NCBI GenBank assembly: GCA_964385515.1
Contig: CAYLPD010000003.1
Span: forward strand, 1-50,756
Reading direction: 5' to 3'
DNA length: 50,756 bases
DNA from: an uncultured Bdellovibrionales bacterium
GTDB lineage: Bacteria > Patescibacteriota > Minisyncoccia > Moranbacterales > UBA1568
Below, piece after piece: positions 1 through 10,142 of the stretch. Numbering within the stretch: the stretch's first letter is position 1; each line of letters opens with the position of its first letter. Position numbers and translations under genes: made by a program. The notes under the pieces are model-generated. The model was not told where the DNA came from, did not search any database, and worked only from the letters and a program-made list of their open reading frames with translations.

Positions 1-47
1 TTGTTCCGCACTCTGAAAGTTCACCAAGATGAATGAAAAGGTGGGAT

Positions 48-902
48 TCATAATGAAGCATCAGTATACGCCTGTTTCACGCTTTGAGCGACTTCTGAAG
101 ATCGGTACTGAACTTCAAACCTGTTTTTCAAACGGCGCAAGACAAAGAAAATACGCACCCACAGCCACCAAACTCCTCTGCTCTCGCGAAGGAAAAACTC
201 CACACCTGAACGAACCAGCCAATAAATCTTTTCTGGATTATGAGCACTCTCTTCGGAGTGAAAAACTTGAGCCTGGGGCACCACCCAGAGATGAAGTCCA
301 AATCGTTTGGCACGAAGCGAATAAGCCGCGTCCTCATAGTAGAGAAAATAGCGTTCATCAAGATAACCAATTGAATCAATCACGGCTTGCGGAATGAAAA
401 GCGCACAACCTGTAAGAAAATTTGTTTCGAGACAAGCAATGCTCTTGCGAAATACTTGGTCATGAGTCGTCCGCATCCGCAAGAAATCAATTTGCCCTCC
501 CGTAAACCAAAAAGCCTGATCCTCGCTCAAACGAATCACCGGTGAGAAAAGGCCCTGATGTCCCTTCTCAATCAAAGCCCGTTTCATATGGTTTAGAGAG
601 TTGGGGTCAACATACGCGTCATTATTGAGCAACCAAAATGCATCAAACATTCCCTTTTCTCGCATATGCCGAATGCCAAGATTCATTCCCGCCGCAAAGC
701 CGCGATTTGTCTTCGGACGAAGAATATCCATCCGACCATATCGATGGCTGAGCGAGGTGAGGAGGGATTCTTCTTGGCCATTATCAACAACAAGCACCTG
801 ATCGTTTGGACCCAACACTGCTTCAAGCGAATCAAGACAACGAGCCAGAACTCGTTCGCCTCGATAATTTAAGACGATAACCGCCACAGACAAGTTCGAC
901 AT
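48..902 (-). CDS. Family-2 glycosyltransferase (GT-A fold)
   Basis: 284-aa ORF. The N-terminus 'VAVIVLNYRG...VVDNGQ' and the 'LLNNDAYV' acidic motif are typical of GT2 enzymes. It sits directly downstream of a Wzx-like flippase gene. Confidence 0.8.
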   Translation of the reverse strand: MSNLSVAVIVLNYRGERVLARCLDSLEAVLGPNDQVLVVDNGQEESLLTSLSHRYGRMDILRPKTNRGFAAGMNLGIRHMREKGMFDAFWLLNNDAYVDPNSLNHMKRALIEKGHQGLFSPVIRLSEDQAFWFTGGQIDFLRMRTTHDQVFRKSIACLETNFLTGCALFIPQAVIDSIGYLDERYFLYYEDAAYSLRAKRFGLHLWVVPQAQVFHSEESAHNPEKIYWLVRSGVEFFLRESRGVWWLWVRIFFVLRRLKNRFEVQYRSSEVAQSVKQAYTDASL

Positions 903-905
903 ACA

Positions 906-2363
906 TCAGGCTGAAACTGATTCTATCGGCTCATGGTTCACTTGCCCCTTGTCACTAAAGATGCTCATGATTTCACGTGACGTGACAGCCCGCGTCAGCC
1001 ACAGCATCAATCCGTATGAAGCACCTGCAAGGAGTAGCTTCAGCACAAACGGGAGTGTTGCCACTGCAACCAAAACGGCTGCCATTGCCATAACCGAAAT
1101 GACAATTCGGAGAAGCCGATCCGGCCGCGGGAAAAAACCAATTGCACGAGATGCAATCACTCCCGAAAAGATAACTACCATTGCTTCAGTCACCGCGGAT
1201 GATGCAGCAGCACCAAAGTAGGAAAACTCCCGGATAAGGAAAACATTGAGTGAAACATTCACAATCGCAACCAGCATCAAAGCTTTGAGCAACTTCTTTT
1301 GCTTGTTTCCAACAAGAATGAGCATATTGAAGAAATGACCGAAGAAAATCCCCGCTAGTGAAAAAATGAGGATACGGAGCACATCTGCAGAAACCTCAAA
1401 TCCACTCCCACTCACTACAGCAACAATCTCTGGGGCCAAAAAAATGGTAGCAACAACAATCGGTAGAACAAGTGCAATAAAAACTTTTGCAGTTTTGTTC
1501 ACGATTTCACGAAAGAGTGGAGGGTCAATCTGATGCGCACGGGAAAGCAGTGGGAGGATAAGCCCGACAAGCATTGCAGGGAAAAAAATCAAATTCTCCA
1601 TGATCTTGTATGCCACATTGTAGATACCAACATGCGCTGCCGGCTGGAGAAGCGAGAGAATGATAGTATCAAACTTAAAGTACGCAAATGAGATGATCGC
1701 CGTTAAGCCAAGTGGCCAGGCATCACGCATGAAGCGCTTCCAAAAAATGGTATCCCACGAGAAATGAAACTGGATGTATTTTCTAGAGAGGTATAATTCA
1801 ACGGTTGCATTAAAAAACATAGTAAATAATACGGCACTCACAATCGCGATAAAGCCAAGATCAAATCGAACCGCCAGATACACAAGAAGAAGCTGCAATA
1901 TTTTTCCAATAAACTCCACCATTGCCACCCGATCCATGGCTAGTCGCTTCTGAAATACCCCGTTCAATAAAGTACTAAACTGGGCAAAAAAGAGAGCAAG
2001 CGCAATAACAAAAACACTCTCTTTCACGAGAGCAGAATAGTCGAACCAAAAGAGGACAACGGGGGTAACGAAGATGATCACTGTGCTTGCCAGGACCCGT
2101 AACGCCGCAACTTTACCAAGAAACTGCGCCTCATCTACGGTTGGTTTTGCTATCTCCCGAGCCGTGAGATTGGCTAGCCCCAAATCACCAATCGCTCCAA
2201 AAAAAGCAAAGAAGGCTAAAACCGTGGCATATTCTCCGAAACCCTCTTGCCCAAGGTAACCGGTGATAAGGCGAATGGAAAGAAGGGCAATAAAAACAGT
2301 CGATGTCACCTTGAGCACCGAATTAAACACCACATTATACGCAATTTTTCTGGCCAGTGCCAT
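906..2363 (-). CDS. Polysaccharide/oligosaccharide flippase (Wzx/MOP superfamily)
   Basis: 485-aa, strongly hydrophobic multi-TM ORF with a Wzx-like N-terminus (ARKIAYNVVFNSVLKV...). There is a 3-nt gap to the GT2 gene. Confidence 0.75.
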   Translation of the reverse strand: MALARKIAYNVVFNSVLKVTSTVFIALLSIRLITGYLGQEGFGEYATVLAFFAFFGAIGDLGLANLTAREIAKPTVDEAQFLGKVAALRVLASTVIIFVTPVVLFWFDYSALVKESVFVIALALFFAQFSTLLNGVFQKRLAMDRVAMVEFIGKILQLLLVYLAVRFDLGFIAIVSAVLFTMFFNATVELYLSRKYIQFHFSWDTIFWKRFMRDAWPLGLTAIISFAYFKFDTIILSLLQPAAHVGIYNVAYKIMENLIFFPAMLVGLILPLLSRAHQIDPPLFREIVNKTAKVFIALVLPIVVATIFLAPEIVAVVSGSGFEVSADVLRILIFSLAGIFFGHFFNMLILVGNKQKKLLKALMLVAIVNVSLNVFLIREFSYFGAAASSAVTEAMVVIFSGVIASRAIGFFPRPDRLLRIVISVMAMAAVLVAVATLPFVLKLLLAGASYGLMLWLTRAVTSREIMSIFSDKGQVNHEPIESVSA

Positions 2364-2373
2364 GAGGGAACGG

Positions 2374-2874
2374 TTACAGGATCTGTTCCTCTGCTATCGG
2401 TTCCGGTTTCAGCCGAATGAGGATCTTCCGGTCTCCACCCGTTCCGACACTCTCTGTCATCACGCTCCCGTGACTTGCGAGGAGGTGATGAATCATCTTG
2501 CGCTCAAAAGACAACATCGGGCGAAGCATTACCGGGAGGCCGGATTCCTCAACCTCCTTCACTGCGGCGAGAGCCTCCCGCTCAAGAAAACCTCGTTTCT
2601 CTGCAAAATAACCATTCACATCAATGCTGAGCAGCCCATTCTTGGGCAGTTCTTCCCGCACCAAAAGTTTTACTAGGTGCAACAAAGCGGCAACATTGGC
2701 ACCGTGCTGACCAATCAGGAGATTTTGCCCTTCCTGCAGAGTAATTTCGCAGCGGTATTGCACCATATCATTCGCGCTCATTTCTTCTCCCGTCTTCACC
2801 TCTGCCTCGAAACCCATCCGTTTCAGCAGATCTTTGACGGTATCATTGAGATAGAGGCGAAACGACTGTTCCAT
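2374..2874 (-). CDS. jag: Jag/KhpB-type KH + R3H RNA-binding protein
   Basis: 166 aa, in the canonical position immediately downstream of yidC. It has a KH-like core and a C-terminal R3H-like region (ERKMIHHLL...). Confidence 0.75.
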   Translation of the reverse strand: MEQSFRLYLNDTVKDLLKRMGFEAEVKTGEEMSANDMVQYRCEITLQEGQNLLIGQHGANVAALLHLVKLLVREELPKNGLLSIDVNGYFAEKRGFLEREALAAVKEVEESGLPVMLRPMLSFERKMIHHLLASHGSVMTESVGTGGDRKILIRLKPEPIAEEQIL

Positions 2875-2893
2875 AGAGAGAGTGTGGGAGGGG

Positions 2894-3652
2894 TTACTGA
2901 GCGACTATTGCTGAAGTCTTTTGACGTTGTGAGAAAATCCATTTCTGCTGGAGCCAGGCCAAGAGAGTCGACACAAACCAGTACAGTGAAAGAGCAGCGG
3001 GAAATTGAAAGCTGAAGAAAAACACAAGTGCCGGACCGAGATACAACATTTGCTTACCCATTATAGCAGCCATATCGGGCATTTCATCACCTTTCCCCGT
3101 GTCTTTCTTCCCAGCAGATACCTCCGTGTTGGGGAGAATCATCTTTGTTTGAAAGTATTGTGAAATTGCCGCCAAAGCCCCCAGTACCGGGCTCGCCTTC
3201 ACCATATCCAGAAATCCAAAGGCAATATGTTTGATTTCTCCTGGATTGGGAACAAAAGAGTAGACATCTGCACTATTAACAACTAGTCCATTGGTATTGA
3301 TCCCAATAATGACTCGATAGAATGTGATAAAAAATACAAGTTGGATGATCAGCGGCAAGCAACCAGCAAAAGGATTAACCTTATTTTCCTTATAACAAGC
3401 CATTATTGCCTTTGTCTGTTCCGCCTTGTCAGATTTGAATTTTTCTTGGATTGCTTTGAGTTTTGGCTGAATCTCCTGCATTCGCTTCTGTTGTTCGATT
3501 TGCATCCGGGAAAGCGAGAGAAAAGCCACCTTTATGAGAATGGTGCATAAAATGATAGACACTCCAAAATCTCGAATGGGCAGTCCGGCATAGAAAAAAA
3601 TAACTGCATTGTACAAAGGTTGATAGATAACCGCATGAAATATGTCTGCCAT
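2894..3652 (-). CDS. yidC: Membrane protein insertase YidC (short form)
   Basis: 252-aa multi-TM ORF with the conserved 'NPFAGCLPLIIQ' YidC/Oxa1 motif, within rnpA-yidC-jag synteny. Confidence 0.9.
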   Translation of the reverse strand: MADIFHAVIYQPLYNAVIFFYAGLPIRDFGVSIILCTILIKVAFLSLSRMQIEQQKRMQEIQPKLKAIQEKFKSDKAEQTKAIMACYKENKVNPFAGCLPLIIQLVFFITFYRVIIGINTNGLVVNSADVYSFVPNPGEIKHIAFGFLDMVKASPVLGALAAISQYFQTKMILPNTEVSAGKKDTGKGDEMPDMAAIMGKQMLYLGPALVFFFSFQFPAALSLYWFVSTLLAWLQQKWIFSQRQKTSAIVAQ

Positions 3653-3654
3653 AG

Positions 3655-4002
3655 TTATTTTTTTGCTTTATTAAGCCTTTCCACAAGCTGATACAGCTCA
3701 CCTTTCAGCCAAGGATAGGTCACGGGGGCTGAAAACGGCTTATGAAAGAGGACAACGATGTTAGTTGCCTTGGGGAGACGGGATGCCAACTCCCTCATTA
3801 TGGCACTTCCTTTGCGCTTGAGGAAATGCCGAGTAGTTGCACGAGGGAAAACCTTCTGTTTAAAGGCAAAACCAACTTTTGTCTCAATACTTGGCGCCGC
3901 ACGAAAAAAAATGCCAATTTCTCGGCTGAAAATGGCCTTTTTTGATTGAAAAACACTCTCAAAAGCTCCCTTCCCTCGCAAACGAAGGCGTTTAGGAAGC
4001 AT
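3655..4002 (-). CDS. rnpA: Ribonuclease P protein component
   Basis: 115-aa basic protein lying between rpmH and yidC (conserved order), with an RnpA-like 'KRLRLRGKGAFESVF' N-terminus. Confidence 0.85.
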   Translation of the reverse strand: MLPKRLRLRGKGAFESVFQSKKAIFSREIGIFFRAAPSIETKVGFAFKQKVFPRATTRHFLKRKGSAIMRELASRLPKATNIVVLFHKPFSAPVTYPWLKGELYQLVERLNKAKK

Positions 4003-4006
4003 AAGC

Positions 4007-4147
4007 CTAAACCGAAAGCTTTTTTCTTCCTTGACGACGACGGCGTGTTATCACGGCCTGTCCCCCTTTTTCGCTCATGCGCTTAAGAAAACCGTGACGA
4101 CGAGCTCGCCGACGCTTTTTTGGCTGATAGGTTCGTTTTGTTGCCAT
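4007..4147 (-). CDS. rpmH: 50S ribosomal protein L34
   Basis: Not in the ORF track because it is under 60 aa. Hand translation of the minus strand gives [46 protein letters not shown], a textbook L34. It is divergent from dnaA. Confidence 0.92.
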   Translation of the reverse strand: MATKRTYQPKKRRRARRHGFLKRMSEKGGQAVITRRRRQGRKKLSV

Positions 4148-4283
4148 ACGGTACTGAGAAAATATGTGTAGTCCAATTTTATTTTAAATGAAGGAAAAAG
4201 TCAACTCCAGCAGCTGGGGTTGCTCTCGCTCTATTAAAGAGTGGAACTAAAATAAAATCACGGACTTTTTTGGTAAATACCAC

Positions 4284-4350
4284 TTATTCACAGACTTTCC
4301 ACACTTTATGCACTATTTTGCATCGATTCCATAGCTGAGACATGGTATAC
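4284..4350 (+). promoter_or_regulatory. DnaA-box-like sites plus dnaA promoter (-10)
   Basis: TTATTCACA (4284-4292) has one mismatch to TTATCCACA. Weaker sites follow: CTTTCCACA (4295-4303) and TTATGCACT. An extended -10 'TGgTATACT' ends at 4350, about 22 nt before the dnaA ATG. Confidence 0.5.
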
Positions 4351-4372
4351 TCAGGTTTGCTTGCTACAAATT

Positions 4373-5803
4373 ATGACCAACGAGGAGCTCTGGAAGGCGG
4401 CTTTGGGACAGATAGAACTCTCTATTTCAAAAGCCAACTTTATAACCTGGTTTAAGAATACTTCTATCCAATCCCATGAAAATGGACGTATTGTGATTGG
4501 TGTTCCCAATGGTTTTGCAAAGGAATGGCTAGAAAACAAGTACAATTTGTACATTATCAAGGCCTTGAAGAGCCTAGCTCCTGATGTACAGGATATAAAA
4601 TGTTCAATTCTCCCAAATAATGGGCAAAAAGGTGCTCCAGAAACATTTAAAAAATCCATGGATGGAGCTCGCCCATTCTCGGGCACTCAGAACGATAGTA
4701 CCATTCCAACCGGGTTTTCAAGAAAGCGGATCATTGAAAAGCCAGTTTTAACTGCGCCCAGCGGTGAAATATTCCAAAGCAACCTCAATACCCGTTATAC
4801 CTTCAACAATTTCATCGTCGCTGAAAACAATGAGCTTGCGCGTGCTGCCTGTTTTGCCATCTCTCAAAACCTTGGACACTTGTACAACCCACTCTTTATT
4901 TACGGGGGGGTAGGACTCGGGAAAACACACCTCCTCCAGGCCCTTGGTAATGAAATAGCAGAGAAACAGCCAGAAAAAAGGGTAAAATACATCACTTCTG
5001 AGCGGTTTACCAGCGAACTCGTTGAATCAATTAAAAGCCAGACCGTTGATCAATTTAAAGCTGAGTATGAACACATTGATCTCCTCATCATTGATGATGT
5101 GCAATTCCTTTCTGGCCGCGAAAAGACACAAAATGAGTTTTTTCATATATTTAACGCTCTCTATCAGCTCAATAAACAGATAGTCATCTCCAGTGACCGA
5201 ACACCAAAAGCCATCCCCACCCTAGAAGAACGCCTCCGGTCTCGATTTGAGGGTGGTATGATCGCAGATATTAGTCGACCAAGTCTTGAAACTCGAACAG
5301 CAATACTAGAAACAAAGGCTAAAGAAAAGGGTGTTGTCATAGATTCAGCCTCGATTCACTTTATTGCCGAACATATAAAAGAGAATGTTCGGGAGCTGGA
5401 AGGCGCGCTCGCTCGAGTCTGTGCCTATAGCGAATTCCAAAAAGTCCCTATTGGGTTATCGCTTGTACAAAAAGCGCTCTCTGATATGCTTATTCAAACG
5501 AAAAAGTCAGTTAAATTGGACGATATTGTCAAAATAGTGAGTGAGTTTTACGGTGTTTCAACCGAAGAAATGGTAAAGAAGGGGCGAAAGAAAGAAATTG
5601 CTCATCCGAGACAAGTTGCAATGTACCTCCTTCGAACCGAACTTGACACGCCATTTTCTACCATTGGTGATTTTTTTGGTGGACGAGACCATACTACCGT
5701 TCTCCATGCAGTCGAAAAGATTACAAAAAACCGAGAATCCACCCTCCGAATTCGAGAGGAGATAGCTTCCTTGAAAGAAAAACTTCAATCAACACCTGTA
5801 TAA
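4373..5803 (+). CDS. dnaA: Chromosomal replication initiator DnaA
   Basis: Walker A 'GGVGLGKTHLL', AAA+ core and a C-terminal DnaA-box-binding helix (HTTVLHA). The ORF opens at a TTG at 4361. The ATG at 4373 (MTNEELW...) is the likelier start. Confidence 0.95.
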   Translation: MTNEELWKAALGQIELSISKANFITWFKNTSIQSHENGRIVIGVPNGFAKEWLENKYNLYIIKALKSLAPDVQDIKCSILPNNGQKGAPETFKKSMDGARPFSGTQNDSTIPTGFSRKRIIEKPVLTAPSGEIFQSNLNTRYTFNNFIVAENNELARAACFAISQNLGHLYNPLFIYGGVGLGKTHLLQALGNEIAEKQPEKRVKYITSERFTSELVESIKSQTVDQFKAEYEHIDLLIIDDVQFLSGREKTQNEFFHIFNALYQLNKQIVISSDRTPKAIPTLEERLRSRFEGGMIADISRPSLETRTAILETKAKEKGVVIDSASIHFIAEHIKENVRELEGALARVCAYSEFQKVPIGLSLVQKALSDMLIQTKKSVKLDDIVKIVSEFYGVSTEEMVKKGRKKEIAHPRQVAMYLLRTELDTPFSTIGDFFGGRDHTTVLHAVEKITKNRESTLRIREEIASLKEKLQSTPV

Positions 5804-6014
5804 GTACTGAATAACTTTGTATTTTCGTTTATAACGGGGGTAAAAAACGTATTCTTATGTGGATAAATCAACAAAATGAGAAAATCCCTACAATTTCATC
5901 CACTATTTCTTAATTTATTTTTCGCTCTCCAAGCCGACTCTTCCCACTTTCCCACATATACACAACAGTAATAACAATAAATTTATATATAAACTCTTCT
6001 AAGAATTACTCCAT
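5804..6014. other. Candidate oriC core (dnaA-dnaN intergenic region)
   Basis: A perfect DnaA box TGTGGATAA (the reverse complement of TTATCCACA) lies at 5858-5866. Degenerate boxes lie at 5896-5904 (TCATCCACT) and 5948-5956 (TTTCCCACA). They are followed by a very AT-rich tract (about 5966-6010) suitable as an unwinding element. Confidence 0.6.
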
Positions 6015-7145
6015 ATGAAACTCTCATGCACTCAAGAAAATCTTCGGACAGCACTCTCAATTCTGGAAAGAATTGCTGGTAAACAAAGTTCGTTACCAAT
6101 TTTGAGTAATATATTACTTGAAACCGAAAAGGGACAATTGCATCTCTCTGCTACTAATCTCGAAATTGGTGTAATTACATCAATTGGAGCAAAAATAGAA
6201 GAAGATGGACGAGTAACTATCCCCGCCAAGCTTTTTATTAATTTTATTCAAAATCTAGCCCTTGATCAGGTGGTTAATATTGAACAGATTGGAACACAAA
6301 TTGTACTTGAAAGTGGTAATTATAAAGTGAAAATTAATGGTTTAGATGGAAAAGATTTCCCAATTATACCTAGACGTTCAAGTGGAGAGATATTTACACT
6401 TGAAGCAAATGGATTACGAAAAGGATTACAAAAGACTTTGTTTTGTGTATCGCTCAATCAAAGCCGGCCCGAACTTACAGGTGTTCTCTTTGGAATTACA
6501 GAGGGTGTTGTTTTTCTCGCGGCAACTGATAGTTTTCGACTTGCCGAATGGAAAATGACAGGGAAGGTGCAGGGTGATATTAGTGCTCTCGAATCGAGAC
6601 AATCATCAATTATTATCCCATCATCTACTCTGCAGGAAGTTCTTCGAGTAATATCTCAGGGTGCAGATGATGTAAATATTGCATTAGAGGAAAATCAAAT
6701 ATTTTTTGAGATCGGGAGTACGCGAATTGTTTCTCGTTTGATTAATGGAAAATACCCAGAATATCAAGCGATTATACCAAAGCAATTCTCAACTGAAATT
6801 AGCTTAAATCAAGCTGAATTTCAACGAGCGTTGAAAATTGCAACCTCATTTTCATCATATAGCGCAAGCGAGGTAGTCTTTCAATTTAATACGGAGGATG
6901 GGTGGCTTGAGATCAAGTCTCAATCCCAGGGAATTGGAGAGCAAGTTGCAAAAATAGCGTATGAGGGCGTGTTGTCAGCGCCGCTCCAGATTGTCTTTAA
7001 TCCACGCTATATTCTCGAGGGGACGGCTGCTCTCGCGGGAACTGAAATACGGCTTGCTCTAAATACATCATCAACGCCGGTAAAGATATTTTCTGAGGCA
7101 GAACCCGACGAGTACATATACATCGTGATGCCGATCAGAAAATAA
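6015..7145 (+). CDS. dnaN: DNA polymerase III beta sliding clamp
   Basis: 376 aa immediately after dnaA, with a clamp-like three-domain length and the N-terminus 'MKLSCTQENL...L..ILLE'. Confidence 0.93.
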   Translation: MKLSCTQENLRTALSILERIAGKQSSLPILSNILLETEKGQLHLSATNLEIGVITSIGAKIEEDGRVTIPAKLFINFIQNLALDQVVNIEQIGTQIVLESGNYKVKINGLDGKDFPIIPRRSSGEIFTLEANGLRKGLQKTLFCVSLNQSRPELTGVLFGITEGVVFLAATDSFRLAEWKMTGKVQGDISALESRQSSIIIPSSTLQEVLRVISQGADDVNIALEENQIFFEIGSTRIVSRLINGKYPEYQAIIPKQFSTEISLNQAEFQRALKIATSFSSYSASEVVFQFNTEDGWLEIKSQSQGIGEQVAKIAYEGVLSAPLQIVFNPRYILEGTAALAGTEIRLALNTSSTPVKIFSEAEPDEYIYIVMPIRK

Positions 7146-7199
7146 CGAAAACAAGCGTGGCGAGTAGATAGTTTTGACTCGGTAAAGAGTAGCTGTTCT

Positions 7200-7496
7200 A
7201 TGCGTTCTCTGAAGGAGTGTATTGGTAAGCGAAATGGTAGAACGACGGGGACACCTCTTGATGATAAGACGGTATTTTTTATGTTTCGGAAAATAATTAA
7301 AGAGGAATATGGAGCACGTGGTGTTGCTGAGTTGGAACCAATAGCGTTTCTTGAGGGAGTGCTTTCAGTGAAATCTCATAACCCGCTCTATTCAGGCGAA
7401 TTATGGATTCATCGGGAACAGATTATTACGCGAATGAACTCAGCCCTTGAACAGGAGGCTATTCAAGAGCTTCGGCTTGTCCGGTATGTTCCCTAA
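7200..7496 (+). CDS. DUF721/DciA-like small protein
   Basis: 98 aa downstream of dnaN. The pattern resembles DUF721 proteins that commonly follow dnaN. This is a recollection-based call. Confidence 0.5.
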   Translation: MRSLKECIGKRNGRTTGTPLDDKTVFFMFRKIIKEEYGARGVAELEPIAFLEGVLSVKSHNPLYSGELWIHREQIITRMNSALEQEAIQELRLVRYVP

Positions 7497-10105
7497 TACG
7501 CGACAGAAACGCTCCCACTCGCGCTTGTGGTATTTCCGTTTTTATCCTCAAGCGTAACCTTGATATCAAGCGTCGAATTGTTTTGGCTTTCTGGAACTGA
7601 GTAGGTCATCGAAAATGGTTTTTCATTTCGTTCCCCAATCTTATTTCCCCCGACTAAAAAAGTAACTTTAGAGACCCCGTATGGCGCCTCGACACCCGCA
7701 CTCAAGGTGAGAGTATTTGAAGTGATAGAGTTTGGAACATTTAGGCTGATTGAGGGTTGATATTTTTTGAAGTCATCTGCACTACATTCTTTCTTGGGTG
7801 GTTCCTCGGCAATGACATCTTTCTGTTTCTTGTACCATTCCTTCACGGATTTTTCCCAGTTTTTATACTGACTGTCATCTTCTGGATCATCAGGTTTTTC
7901 GCCCCTTGGGTTGGAGCGCTTTACGTAGTGAAGGATATCGTGGGGTTCTACAAAATCTTTTTTCTTTGCTTTTCCATCAGGACAATATTTATTCGCGATA
8001 CAGAATTTGTCTTCGTTGGGAATCTCACAGACCTTTAAATCTTCTTTCGCCTCTAATGTGCCGTCAAGCATTGGTTTATCAAGATCCTCCTTCTCATACT
8101 TTGGAAAGCGTTCCGTCGCGTAGTTGACAAGCGCTTTGTCGAGGAAAGCACGCCAGATGGGAGCTGCGACATTCACACCGTCAGCTCCTGTAACCATGGG
8201 ACTATTGTCATTGTTTCCAGCCCAAACGCCGACAGCGAGAGAGGGTGTGAATCCAATTGTCCAGCCGTCACGAAATTCATTGGTAGTTCCAGTTTTAGCG
8301 GCGACATCACGTTGGTCAAAACGGAGGGGGCTATTTTCTCCAAACACCGGTGCACGAAAACTATTGGTTGACATGATATGTTCAAGCATGGTCACGTATT
8401 TTTCCTCTACAACGCGTTCGCCGGGACCACCCGCGTACTCTTCTAAAGTTGTTCCCTTGGAATCCTCAATCTTCAGGATAGCTGCTAGAGGATGTTTGAC
8501 TCCGCCTGTTGCTAGGGTCGAGAACGCGTGGACATGGTCGAGAAGGTGGACTTCGCCGCCTCCCAAAACGAGTGAGAGTCCAAGGCGATCTGGATTGTCG
8601 AGGCCGACGATGCCAAGGCGCTTGGCCGTATCTATAGCCTCTTTCACACCAACGAGGTAGAGTGTTTTTACCGCGGGGATATTGAGAGATTGGGCAAGTG
8701 ACTCAGCTAGAGATAGCGGCCCACGAAACTTTCCATCGTAATTTTGTGGTTTGTAGCTTTTCCCATCTGCTGTATCAAAGTTAGTTTCGACATCGTATAT
8801 GAGTGTCTCGGGGATGTAGCCTTTGGTAAAGGCGGTTAAATAAACATAGGGCTTAAAAGAGGATCCTGGCTGTCGAGGTGCTGTTGTCACATTGAAGTTG
8901 GCTTCAAAAACACAGGTCTTCCCACTGATACAGTTGGCTGGTTCTGAGGCGCCGAAATAGTCTTTTGAGCCAACCATAGAGAGCAGCTGCCCCGTCTTTG
9001 GATCTATCGCGATGAGGGCTGCATTGGCAGCTTTCCAGCGTTTGTTTTTTTCGGCCCCCGTTCGGACTGCCTCTTCAGCAATCTGCTGTTTATCCCAGTC
9101 GAGAGTGGTTATCACACGATAGCCGCCTTCCTCGACAGCTCGATCACCATATTTTTCTTGAAGATAGTCCTTGATGTACATGACGAAATGCGGTGCCGCA
9201 AAAATATTTTTCTGAGGCATTATCTTTCCAAGCGTATCTGCGTTTATTGCCTCCTCGGCCTGCTCATCGGTGATGTAGCCAAGGCTTGCCATTTGCTTGA
9301 GTGCGTATGTTTGTCGCCCGGAGAGTGCTTCGGTATGAGAACCATAGGGAGAATAGAATGTTGTCGCCTGAGGAAGCGCTGCTAGGAGAGCCGCTTCATC
9401 AAGACCAAGTTCGCGGGCTGGCTTGCCGAAGTATGTTTGAGCAGCTGATTCGATACCGTATGCATTTGACCCATATGGAATTTCGTTCAGATACATCTCG
9501 AGAATCTCGTCCTTTGAATACTTTGTCTCGAGTTCGAGCGCGAGGATAACCTCTTTTATTTTTCGAGCAACCGATTTCTCATTTGTGAGGAGGGTGTTCT
9601 TCACCAATTGCTGAGTGATAGTGGAGCCACCCTGGGATTTGTCGAGGGTAACGATATCCCTCAAAACAGCACGCAGGATGGAAGAGAGTTTGATACCGAA
9701 GTGATGGTAGAAATCCTGATCTTCGAGGGAGATGGTGGCATATTTCACTACCTCAGGCATTTCAGAGAAGGGTATAACGGTGCGTTTTTCCTCGCCGTGC
9801 ACTTCGTACAAGAGGTGGGTGCCAGTACGATCATAAATTTTGGTTGATTCTGCCACAAAACGATCGCTGACATTTCCGGGACTGGGTAAATCCTTTGCAA
9901 TGTAGAGAAAAAGCCCAATGAGTGCAACGAGACCGAAACTACCTGCAACCGCTAACCCAAGCCAAATTTTCTTCCAGGGCCAGGGTTGTTTCGGTTTTGG
10001 GTTCATGCCGACTATTTCAATCGCTGGACGGCGACGAAAGCTCCGGTGGGAAAACAGTGATTTAGGCCTAGAATAAAGCATAAAGTGACTATATGTATGC
10101 CTCAT
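7493..10105 (-). CDS. Class A penicillin-binding protein (glycosyltransferase + transpeptidase, PBP1A-like)
   Basis: It has an N-terminal TM helix, GT51 motifs (EDQDFYHHFG, GGSTITQQL, RKIKE) and the transpeptidase motif SSFKP. There is also a roughly 150-aa C-terminal extension ending in an Ig-like beta-rich segment. The start is uncertain (10105, or the internal ATG at 10006). Confidence 0.9.
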   Translation of the reverse strand: MRHTYSHFMLYSRPKSLFSHRSFRRRPAIEIVGMNPKPKQPWPWKKIWLGLAVAGSFGLVALIGLFLYIAKDLPSPGNVSDRFVAESTKIYDRTGTHLLYEVHGEEKRTVIPFSEMPEVVKYATISLEDQDFYHHFGIKLSSILRAVLRDIVTLDKSQGGSTITQQLVKNTLLTNEKSVARKIKEVILALELETKYSKDEILEMYLNEIPYGSNAYGIESAAQTYFGKPARELGLDEAALLAALPQATTFYSPYGSHTEALSGRQTYALKQMASLGYITDEQAEEAINADTLGKIMPQKNIFAAPHFVMYIKDYLQEKYGDRAVEEGGYRVITTLDWDKQQIAEEAVRTGAEKNKRWKAANAALIAIDPKTGQLLSMVGSKDYFGASEPANCISGKTCVFEANFNVTTAPRQPGSSFKPYVYLTAFTKGYIPETLIYDVETNFDTADGKSYKPQNYDGKFRGPLSLAESLAQSLNIPAVKTLYLVGVKEAIDTAKRLGIVGLDNPDRLGLSLVLGGGEVHLLDHVHAFSTLATGGVKHPLAAILKIEDSKGTTLEEYAGGPGERVVEEKYVTMLEHIMSTNSFRAPVFGENSPLRFDQRDVAAKTGTTNEFRDGWTIGFTPSLAVGVWAGNNDNSPMVTGADGVNVAAPIWRAFLDKALVNYATERFPKYEKEDLDKPMLDGTLEAKEDLKVCEIPNEDKFCIANKYCPDGKAKKKDFVEPHDILHYVKRSNPRGEKPDDPEDDSQYKNWEKSVKEWYKKQKDVIAEEPPKKECSADDFKKYQPSISLNVPNSITSNTLTLSAGVEAPYGVSKVTFLVGGNKIGERNEKPFSMTYSVPESQNNSTLDIKVTLEDKNGNTTSASGSVSVAY

Positions 10106-10142
10106 TTATACCACGATATACCGCTCTCTCCAACAGTAGGGA

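Noticed and set aside
29-397. A 122-aa plus-strand ORF at the left edge of the window.
   Set aside because: It is antisense to the GT2 glycosyltransferase gene and has no supporting signals.
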